From the IMG/VR virus record IMGVR_UViG_3300025009_000050, positions 124,001 through 188,000 of that record: a stretch of DNA of 64,000 nucleotides, one strand, 5' to 3'. The notes under the pieces are model-generated. The model was not told where the DNA came from and made no database searches. It saw nothing but the letters and a program-made list of their open reading frames with translations. This document shows positions 10,517-19,033 of this stretch, one piece after another (the stretch's first letter is position 1; every line of letters begins with the position of its first letter). A program made the position numbers and the translations under genes.

Positions 10517-12136
10517 CTAACCTAAGTCGTAGTCTAATGCAATAGTGTCTGTAGCAATTGGTGCGGCAACAAATGTTATCGTCGCACTACTCACAGTATA
10601 ATCAGTAGTTAATTTTTGTCTTAGTCCATTCTTATATACTCTAACACTACTTGAATTGAGTGAGTGACCAGATGCTAACGTAAAGGCAACTCTTGCCCCA
10701 TCAGGAGTGTGTCCAACTGCAAATGCGGCATCATAATAGTGTGTGTGTTTCTTAGTTCCTGCTTCATCCCAAGTCTCAACCTTACTATAAGTTATATCCT
10801 GAATAGTAAGTGTTTCAGTTGAATCATAAAAGCTAATCTTATCAGTGTCTATAGTCATACTCTTAGTGCTTCCGTTAGCAGCAGGTACGTCGTTCATTAC
10901 GATCTTAGTTTTATCCCCGTCTTTATAGATCTCCATTCTATTAAATGGATTATGAGATGTTGATGCGATGGTAGCATTAGACTTATCAGACTTGAATATG
11001 ATTACTTTCTTATTAACATTATCAGTGATTATAGGAACAAACTCACGAGCTTCTTTAATATATGCATCTAATATTACCGATACACCAGCAGGGATTGTAA
11101 CTTTAGCTAGCAATATAGCACCCTGACTAGCTACAGGAGACCACTTATTTAAGATTAACGCGTCTTCACTAGGATCGCTTATGACCGCAAGTCCACCAAT
11201 TGTATAGATACCTGCCTCATAATGTCCAGAGATAAATACATAATGTATATATCCAGCAGTAAATGGACTCTCTGGAGTTGTCTCTTGTGTGAAGTTCTTA
11301 TACCCATAATTCTTGATATATAATTTACCATTTGCTACAGTAACTGTTTTACTAGTTAACCCAGCAGTAACCTCGCATCCAGATATTACTCCATACCCGC
11401 CAGCATTAATACTACAATTAAATATATCTGATGCATGATAGCCATCAAGTAGATCTGCATTCAAGTAATCGACTACAGTAGTAGCACAACCAGAGTTTAT
11501 GTCTAATGGTTTGCCAGAAGTTGCGCTACATTTAAACTGTGTAGCCGTGATATATCTTCCGGCAAAGTCACCATTACCATCTCGAACTACTACCTTGCTA
11601 ACCGTATTAGCAGATGTTGCATCAACTGCCCAGGTAGTTGCCGCACTTCCATTAAAGTTATTACCAGTTAGATAACTACCACGAGTTAATGTGTTAGTTG
11701 TATTAGCAGTAATGGTTATGTTGGCAGAACCATCAAAGTTAGTACCGTTGATAGTTACAGTAGATGCTAACTTAGTGGCTGTTGATGCATTGCCTGTTAG
11801 CGGGCCAGTGAACCCTACTGCAGTTATATTGCCAGCAGTTGTGATAGTCACTCTATCAACTGTGCTATAGAACCTTAAGTCATCAGAACTAGCTGGATTG
11901 TATATTTTCCATTTATCAACACCAGCAGCTTGTAACCTAATTCCAGCTTCTTGTATAGCTGGAGCGTCAGCTAAGAAGTACGAATTAGTAGATGTTAAAC
12001 TTAATGTTTTAATATCCTTAGATACATTAAGTACTCCACCTATACTGAAGTCACCAGCTAATGAAGCACTAGTTAAACCTGAATGGAGAGCTAAATACCC
12101 TCCGATAGTGCAACCGCCTCTGAGCTGATCTCCCAT
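10517..12136 (-). CDS. Tail fibre / adaptor protein (539 aa)
   Basis: ATG overlaps the upstream TAA (TAATG). Contains fibre motifs TINGTNFDGSANITI and LNADLLDGYH, and a C-terminal beta-sandwich module VYKNGLRQKLTTDYTVSSATITFVAAP. Confidence 0.8.
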   Translation of the reverse strand: MGDQLRGGCTIGGYLALHSGLTSASLAGDFSIGGVLNVSKDIKTLSLTSTNSYFLADAPAIQEAGIRLQAAGVDKWKIYNPASSDDLRFYSTVDRVTITTAGNITAVGFTGPLTGNASTATKLASTVTINGTNFDGSANITITANTTNTLTRGSYLTGNNFNGSAATTWAVDATSANTVSKVVVRDGNGDFAGRYITATQFKCSATSGKPLDINSGCATTVVDYLNADLLDGYHASDIFNCSINAGGYGVISGCEVTAGLTSKTVTVANGKLYIKNYGYKNFTQETTPESPFTAGYIHYVFISGHYEAGIYTIGGLAVISDPSEDALILNKWSPVASQGAILLAKVTIPAGVSVILDAYIKEAREFVPIITDNVNKKVIIFKSDKSNATIASTSHNPFNRMEIYKDGDKTKIVMNDVPAANGSTKSMTIDTDKISFYDSTETLTIQDITYSKVETWDEAGTKKHTHYYDAAFAVGHTPDGARVAFTLASGHSLNSSSVRVYKNGLRQKLTTDYTVSSATITFVAAPIATDTIALDYDLG

Positions 12137-15063
12137 TAAGTGATCACCTGCCCTGTCATAATAGAACCTTGAACTTGCAGTTTAGACTTCTCATCCATTT
12201 TAGTTTGGTAAATAGCTTTTATCTCATCATCCGTTAACGCTCTAGGAACATAAATTAGATCTTTATAATATGAGTTTGGATACATTCCGCCAAAAGAGCC
12301 CATACCAAAAAAGCTACCATTCCATGATGTTATCCCACCATTGATAGTTATAACATTGCTTTTGGTTTCATCTTTGAAAACATGGAAGGAATTTATAGTT
12401 CCACTAGATCCGCTAAGAACAATAGCATGCATGTGCCATTTCATGCGATCAGCCTCACCTGTATATGGTGTCATTGCACCACCGCCATAAGTCCAACCAC
12501 TGTCTACGTTGTTCTTTACATATGCACAAATATTAGTACCAGAATTAGATGGTCCAAAATTCCATAAGGTGAAAGAAGCATTTGAATAGTAGTTGCCTAT
12601 CTCAAACATATTTGGGTAGGTGGTTTGAGTTGCATCATATGCACTATTTGGCTGAAGGCTTTTCCTCCAAAATAGAAATGTTGCATTATCAGATAAGGTC
12701 AATGGCCACTTAATACTTCCAGCACTTCTAGTCCCGTTGGCAAATGGAGTAGGAAATGAACGTTGTTCTAGTTGCATTTCTGTCACCAAACACTCTAATG
12801 CTCCATCACCAATAAAGCCAACCCCAGCACATAAAGTTGTACCAACAATTTGTCCTACAGTATAGCATAAATACCAACCATCAGATAATACTTGATATAC
12901 TAATGAACCGCCAGTTCCACCACCAAAATGAGCACGTATTCTTTCAGAAACTGTCCCGCCACTAAGCATTTTAATTTTAAAACTTAATGTATAGTAAGTA
13001 TTAGCTAGACAGGTTCTGCAGTCTCTAAATGAAGCATGAGTAGAAGGAGTTCCAGCTATCTTCGTTACCTTAGCTATCTTACTCCTGTTATATCTAGTAG
13101 TATACTCGGCCCAGGATAATGTTCCGTTAGCGTCAACAACATTAATATTAGTTAACTCACTTTGAGGAGAAGCATAAATATTGGTTGTCGCGTTTCCAAC
13201 CCATACTGATCCATCCTCATACACCGTATTAGCTTCAGTAGACGGACTTATTAACTTATACTTATCTTTACTATCGCAACCAAGTGAGAAGTATTTAGCA
13301 TCACTAGGGATCTCATTAGGTTCAGTAACTACTTGAGATGCAATCAGGTTACCAGTAGGAGTAAATTGGAAAGAAGGATTGACAAGTTCTTTTGCTTCTG
13401 ATTCAGATAGTGCTCTATTATAGATTGATAGATTTTTAAATATCGCGTTACTTCTGTTCCAACCCCATCCTAAATATATAATAGGGACATTCGAACTGTT
13501 AGCGGAACCTACTGTAGCAAGAGTTCCAAGCAGAACTCCATCTGCATAGAAAAATTGAGTAGTATTGTCCCAGCTAATTGCTATGTTAATCCACTTATTC
13601 TTTTGTGGAATATAAGCTGGAGACGATGTTACCGATAAACCTCCACTACCTTCATGCATGTAAAATTGACCATTACTATTCAAATATATGCCCCACCATT
13701 TACTGTTATATTGCGCATTAGATATTACGGTTTCACTAATGCCATCTCCTTCTAAATAGTAATCAAAGGCTATCGTAGAATTACTGGATAGTTGAGTCGA
13801 AATACCGAATGTCCCATCTCCTCTACTTCCATTAACATAAGAAGTTGAGAAAGCCTTGTTTTCTATCTGGACAGCCATAATATCAGCCTTTGTTACTCCA
13901 CTAGCGTACAAGTGTCTACCACCACTAGTACCAGTTGACGCTTTCGTTATATATACCCATTTGCCTAATGGAGTGTTTGATGAATTCATAGTTATCTTGT
14001 AAGATGGGTTATTGAGATCCCCCCATTCTATTTGTCCGTAGTGAAGTTTAATCCATATAGAATAAGATATACTTCCTGAAGTGTTTCCTATGTTGCCAGC
14101 AACCCAGCCACCCCAGCCACCACCATAGGTCTCGATTCCTTGCGCTTTTGTTAAGCCTGGGACTGGAGAATCATATACAGGGACAATTTCTACCTTATAG
14201 TTACCTATCCCAAAACGTTCACTCCAATTATTGCCAAAACCACAAACATTGCCAGTGTATCCAATGGCGTAAGACTCCATATTAGAAATTACAATTTGAT
14301 TTATAGTAGCCTCTTCTACTGCTATACCATCATATGTTAGAGTAGTATTGGAGTTAGTTATATTACCCTTACTCTTGCCGAGTGTATATAATATAGCTTC
14401 CTTATGAAATGAGAGTACATTGGAATCGCCCTCTTGGTCGAAGAACAACACTGCTCCACTAAATGACTCATAGATATAGCCGGTTATTTGATTAGTATCA
14501 GATCTACGATAAAATGGAATAGCCCCATTCTGTAATTGATCGATCCCACCATATAGATCAGCGATACCAGCAGATGGATACATTAGACTGTCTGTATATA
14601 TTGGAATATTGGGTTCTATCAATATATCATGGGTAGCATGGGCTGTTGCAGTATATGTTTTAACAAACACATTAGTCCTTGTATCATTACCCTGGGCTAT
14701 CACAGAAACACCAGCATCAACGAACTGTTTTAACTTGTCCATTATATTACTAGAGAAACCCCAGACATAATAGTCACAGATTATCAAATCATACTGAAGT
14801 GCTGTCGCGACATCAACAGTTGTTAAGTCAGTAGAATTAGTGATAGTTGCTCCTTGTGATATAAGCCAATTATACCAATAGTGTGTGCTCTGATAATGGC
14901 CCAACACTTTAATCCCAGCCAGCGATCTAATTTTGTTGAGGGTTTCATCCATAGGATAGTGTGCAACTAGCCCGTCTGTTATAACGGGCAGTCGTGTGTT
15001 TATATCCCCAGATATGCGAAGGTCGCCATCTTTAGTAAGTTCCCCAGCTATGAATTCAGACAT
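12136..15063 (-). CDS. Lectin-like tail-fibre partner protein (LamG-like and CBM-like modules plus a GATase-like alpha/beta insert; 975 aa)
   Basis: RLPVITDGLVAHYPMD start, two EEATTN...Q(I/L)E...(S/P)F..G.R cassettes, and LamG-type WINIAISWD...FKNLSIYNRALS. Confidence 0.82.
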   Translation of the reverse strand: MSEFIAGELTKDGDLRISGDINTRLPVITDGLVAHYPMDETLNKIRSLAGIKVLGHYQSTHYWYNWLISQGATITNSTDLTTVDVATALQYDLIICDYYVWGFSSNIMDKLKQFVDAGVSVIAQGNDTRTNVFVKTYTATAHATHDILIEPNIPIYTDSLMYPSAGIADLYGGIDQLQNGAIPFYRRSDTNQITGYIYESFSGAVLFFDQEGDSNVLSFHKEAILYTLGKSKGNITNSNTTLTYDGIAVEEATINQIVISNMESYAIGYTGNVCGFGNNWSERFGIGNYKVEIVPVYDSPVPGLTKAQGIETYGGGWGGWVAGNIGNTSGSISYSIWIKLHYGQIEWGDLNNPSYKITMNSSNTPLGKWVYITKASTGTSGGRHLYASGVTKADIMAVQIENKAFSTSYVNGSRGDGTFGISTQLSSNSTIAFDYYLEGDGISETVISNAQYNSKWWGIYLNSNGQFYMHEGSGGLSVTSSPAYIPQKNKWINIAISWDNTTQFFYADGVLLGTLATVGSANSSNVPIIYLGWGWNRSNAIFKNLSIYNRALSESEAKELVNPSFQFTPTGNLIASQVVTEPNEIPSDAKYFSLGCDSKDKYKLISPSTEANTVYEDGSVWVGNATTNIYASPQSELTNINVVDANGTLSWAEYTTRYNRSKIAKVTKIAGTPSTHASFRDCRTCLANTYYTLSFKIKMLSGGTVSERIRAHFGGGTGGSLVYQVLSDGWYLCYTVGQIVGTTLCAGVGFIGDGALECLVTEMQLEQRSFPTPFANGTRSAGSIKWPLTLSDNATFLFWRKSLQPNSAYDATQTTYPNMFEIGNYYSNASFTLWNFGPSNSGTNICAYVKNNVDSGWTYGGGAMTPYTGEADRMKWHMHAIVLSGSSGTINSFHVFKDETKSNVITINGGITSWNGSFFGMGSFGGMYPNSYYKDLIYVPRALTDDEIKAIYQTKMDEKSKLQVQGSIMTGQVIT

Positions 15064-15073
15064 ATGAATCCTC

Positions 15074-18000
15074 CTATGTTACGAATACAAACTTAAGTGA
15101 CTGAGTAGTTGCATCCTGTTTAATATCCCAGTTACCAGCCTTATGAACTGTTGCAGTTACTGTGCCAGTTGCTGTTACGCTAGCAGCCGATACTCCATTA
15201 GTAATGGCTGCTGATGAAGCAGTTACAGATGTGGTAGAAGTCACAGCATTAAATGTTACACCGTCAGTTGTCTTAACATTCTGGTCCATCAAGTATACTT
15301 CTGTTGCACCTTGACCAGTGTTAATCGTTTCTATATTCACTAAGTTCCTTGAAGCGTCGATAACAACAGTTGCATTAACTTGGTATCCGTATGGCGCATC
15401 AACACCAGCGTCATCATAAATTCTGAAATGAATTCTGTCATTATCTTCTGGTTCATAAAAATCCAATCCTTCTGGAGTAGCCTTTATAGACATGTCAATG
15501 CCAGTATCAGAGGAACCATTAAAATGAATTACAGGTGTAGTTGAAGCTAATGTTAGTGGCCCGGTTAGTGTTTGACCAGCAAAGGTTGGGGAGCTAGTTG
15601 TCTTAACGTTCTGGTCCATTAAATATAATTCTGTAGCGCCTTGTCCTGTGTCAATAGTTCCACCAACTTTAAGGTTACCTTTGAAGTAACCATGACCACC
15701 AGATAGATTTATATAAGAAGCTAGCGAGTTACCACCAATGAAAGCGATTGAATTAGAAAGTAATGTTTCGTTTCCAGCAACGACTAAGTTACTATCAATC
15801 TGTCTGTGATATATTCCATACTGACCATTTACGCCATCACAGAATATCCAGCCATCCTCTGCGCCCCCTCTAGACACTATAGAAGCGTCGTTCCATGCAC
15901 TAGGAGTATGGCTATACCATGTAGTCTGAGCTACAGGAATATAATTATTGTGATTAGTCGGTAGATCAGAAGCAGTTAGGTCCGCACCAGCAGTTACTAA
16001 GCCTTTAGAATCATAAGTAATCTTACACTTGGTTGCGCCTGTAATAGCAGTGTTTGCAGCCACCTTGGTGGCCAGTCCATCATATACAGCATCACATGAT
16101 GGAGAAGAATTTTGTTCTCCATCAGTTATTGTGCTAGAGATATATGCTAACTGTTTCGGAGTTCCCCAAGTGGTATCTGCTTGCGCTGCCTGGTAATGTC
16201 TAATTTTCATTTCAGACTTATCAAATATTAGAGCGTTAACATTGCCTCCTGATGCATCTATATAGCTATTAAGCACCAACATGTCTTGATAATCTTGGTT
16301 CTCAGTGCCTGTCATACCGCCTAGAGAAGTAAAAACTAATTCTAAGTACCCTTTGGAGGTATTAACTGGTTTTCTATCTCTGTCATCTATATTCTGTAGA
16401 TTGCTATGATAGTGAGTAGATGGAGTAAATGAGCTGGGCTTGCTAGTTAGCTCTCCCCAATCAACATTCCCCCATGCCATAACACCAGCAGTTGAACCTG
16501 CTTTTAAAACCTTTAGATTATTGGTCGTACTAGTTGCTGGGACATGTAAATTACCATCATTTGTTGGGTGAGTATAATTATTTGCACTAGTAGCAATACC
16601 AGACAGCTTCGTACGTTCTGTATCTGTAAAGAATCTATGAGTAGCATCCTCTGTAATAATGCTTGCTGGGTGATTTGCTGGGTGTGTGTATACAGTATCA
16701 GTGAACACAGCACCAGTAGGCACAGCAGTTAATACAGTCAGACTATTTACTGTATCAGCATTGGTAGCTGCGTTAACTTTAATACCTTGAATAGTTGTTG
16801 CACTGTATGTCCATTTACCATTAGCTAAATCATAAGCTGACTTAACAGCAACAGCTGTTGCAGCCAATGTTGTAGAATCACTATCAATTGCACTACTTAA
16901 TTGAACTATACCAGATGCAGTAGTACTAGCAGAAGGAATACTACTAAGTCTAGCCCAAGGAATTATACCAGCAGTAACTGTGCCAGTAGTGTCTACGGTA
17001 AATTTAGCAGATGTATTATCCCATATATTAAAACTACCTTTAACTATAATGTTATCTGTAGTAGCATCGTCACCTAATGTAGTATTACCATTAACTATCA
17101 TGTTACCTTGAACTGTGAAATCACCCTGAACATCACTTTCTTGACTATTCTGTGAAGATGAGAGAAGTACTGACATTGACTTCCCATACATGTTCCCACG
17201 ATTATCAATACTGAAATAAGTGTATGAATCGTCATTCTTATTGATTCTTAATAGAATAACTGTTTGATAAAAACTTACATATACAGTAGCTCCATTTGAT
17301 ATAGAGCTATCAGTATGTCTCTTAATCTTACCAGCATAATAATCTATATCATAATCTATACCTCTAGTATATTGTGTCCCTGTTTTCCCGGATGCTGACC
17401 ATACTTCTTCAGTCATTGCGTCAATCGGATTGTACCCAATGTTACTGAATACATCTCCAATAACAACCGCTATACTATTACGTGCAGTATAAGTGTCTGT
17501 GGTAGGCTTGATCTTGATTGATTCACTGTTTGCAGTAAAGACATTACTACTAGATAGGGTAGGAAATGTATTATGGTCTGAATCATTGTGGGTGTAGGTC
17601 ACTGTCTTGCCTGATATAGATGCTTGAATATCACCACTAGCTGCGAAAGTTAATGTATCATCATTAATATTTGCAGAAGAAGTAGTTCCTCCTACGGTAA
17701 CATTTTTAAAGATATACTGACTAGAACCCTTATCCGAGTTGACTAAACCATTAGCATCGGCAGTAAGACCAGGACTAGTTCCAAGTTTAACACTAAACTC
17801 GGTTGTTAATAATTGTAATCCATTGCTAGCAGTATATGTAGTATTAGTAGAAGATATGGTTATCGTACTACTAGATCTGGATATGGTAGTCGCTCCGCTA
17901 CTCTTAATATCTACGATAGCTCCAGATGTAATACTCACTCCAGTATCAGTATTTGCCTTCAATAGCCAACTTTGATAGTTATCGTATGGGTGGGTATGTG

Positions 18001-19021
18001 TAGGTGCTTTACTATCTAATGCAGTTTGGAGCCCATCTACGTTACTAATAATATGGTTATGACTATCATCTACTACAGTCACAATACCAGTAGCGTCTAT
18101 AGTTATATCTCCACCAGTTTTGATATGACCAAGCGAAACATTAGCAATAACGGTTGGGTGGGTATCTGGAGTATATGGATGTGTATGTGCATCAGACTTT
18201 GCATTCCAAGTACTTATCAAGGTATCCGTTACAAATCTATTACTAGCATCTTGCGTAATAATACTTGGCGAATGGTTAGCTGGATGAGTATAACTGTAAG
18301 TATTAGCTATAGTTATTGCACTAGCAGATCGTGTTATACTGATATTGGAACCATTCTTAAAATCAACTATTGATCCAGTAGTAACATTCTGTCCAGTGCC
18401 TTCTGTGTTTTGCTTTAATATCCAGTTTTGATAATTATCATAAGGGTGGGTGTGCGCATCTGCTTTCGCATTCCATGTAACCTTCTCCGTGTCTGCAACA
18501 AATCTATGAGTAGTATCTTCAGTAATCATAGTAGCTGCGTGAGAAGATGGATGTGTATAAGTATTGGCAATAGTCATAGCTGTTCCGGTTCTTGTAATGC
18601 TAATATTAGAACCATTTTTAAAATCAACTATCGTTCCGGTAATAACATCAGCACCAGTTTCTTCTGTGTTTTGTTTGAGAATCCACTTGACGTAGTTATC
18701 ATACGTTGGTTTGTCAGTAATATTATTCCAGTGGACAGAGGCTTGACCATTAGTTTGAAGATTCGTCTTAGTGTAGTATTGACTTAAATCAACTCCAGTG
18801 ATAGTACCACTAACAGTAAGGTCACCGCTGATAGTAACGTTACCGCTTACTGTTCCACCGGCAGATGCAAACTTATCGTTAATAGCTGATACAATGTCGG
18901 AGACGTTACCAGCCGCTAACGTGCCAGATACAGTTAAGTTACTTGCAAAGGTGGAAGCCTGACTCACGGTCAGACCCCCATTAATCCTTGTGTTATAATC
19001 TATATCTCTATATACAGCCAT
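15074..19021 (-). CDS. Long tail fibre protein with internal repeats (1315 aa)
   Basis: Phage tail-fibre repeat ASTTASGIVQLSSAIDSDSTTLAATAVAVKSAYD (Phage_fiber_2-like), three YDNY..W.LK.NT repeats, KITYDSKGLVTAG, and C-terminal WDIKQDATTQSLKFVFVT. Confidence 0.88.
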   Translation of the reverse strand: MAVYRDIDYNTRINGGLTVSQASTFASNLTVSGTLAAGNVSDIVSAINDKFASAGGTVSGNVTISGDLTVSGTITGVDLSQYYTKTNLQTNGQASVHWNNITDKPTYDNYVKWILKQNTEETGADVITGTIVDFKNGSNISITRTGTAMTIANTYTHPSSHAATMITEDTTHRFVADTEKVTWNAKADAHTHPYDNYQNWILKQNTEGTGQNVTTGSIVDFKNGSNISITRSASAITIANTYSYTHPANHSPSIITQDASNRFVTDTLISTWNAKSDAHTHPYTPDTHPTVIANVSLGHIKTGGDITIDATGIVTVVDDSHNHIISNVDGLQTALDSKAPTHTHPYDNYQSWLLKANTDTGVSITSGAIVDIKSSGATTISRSSSTITISSTNTTYTASNGLQLLTTEFSVKLGTSPGLTADANGLVNSDKGSSQYIFKNVTVGGTTSSANINDDTLTFAASGDIQASISGKTVTYTHNDSDHNTFPTLSSSNVFTANSESIKIKPTTDTYTARNSIAVVIGDVFSNIGYNPIDAMTEEVWSASGKTGTQYTRGIDYDIDYYAGKIKRHTDSSISNGATVYVSFYQTVILLRINKNDDSYTYFSIDNRGNMYGKSMSVLLSSSQNSQESDVQGDFTVQGNMIVNGNTTLGDDATTDNIIVKGSFNIWDNTSAKFTVDTTGTVTAGIIPWARLSSIPSASTTASGIVQLSSAIDSDSTTLAATAVAVKSAYDLANGKWTYSATTIQGIKVNAATNADTVNSLTVLTAVPTGAVFTDTVYTHPANHPASIITEDATHRFFTDTERTKLSGIATSANNYTHPTNDGNLHVPATSTTNNLKVLKAGSTAGVMAWGNVDWGELTSKPSSFTPSTHYHSNLQNIDDRDRKPVNTSKGYLELVFTSLGGMTGTENQDYQDMLVLNSYIDASGGNVNALIFDKSEMKIRHYQAAQADTTWGTPKQLAYISSTITDGEQNSSPSCDAVYDGLATKVAANTAITGATKCKITYDSKGLVTAGADLTASDLPTNHNNYIPVAQTTWYSHTPSAWNDASIVSRGGAEDGWIFCDGVNGQYGIYHRQIDSNLVVAGNETLLSNSIAFIGGNSLASYINLSGGHGYFKGNLKVGGTIDTGQGATELYLMDQNVKTTSSPTFAGQTLTGPLTLASTTPVIHFNGSSDTGIDMSIKATPEGLDFYEPEDNDRIHFRIYDDAGVDAPYGYQVNATVVIDASRNLVNIETINTGQGATEVYLMDQNVKTTDGVTFNAVTSTTSVTASSAAITNGVSAASVTATGTVTATVHKAGNWDIKQDATTQSLKFVFVT
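17830..18770 (-). repeat. Three dispersed YDNY..W.LK.NT...IVD.K...I.R repeats with THP..H linkers
   Basis: YDNYVKWILKQNTEETG, YDNYQNWILKQNTEGTG, YDNYQSWLLKANTDTG. Confidence 0.88.
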
Positions 19022-19033
19022 AGGTTATTCCTC

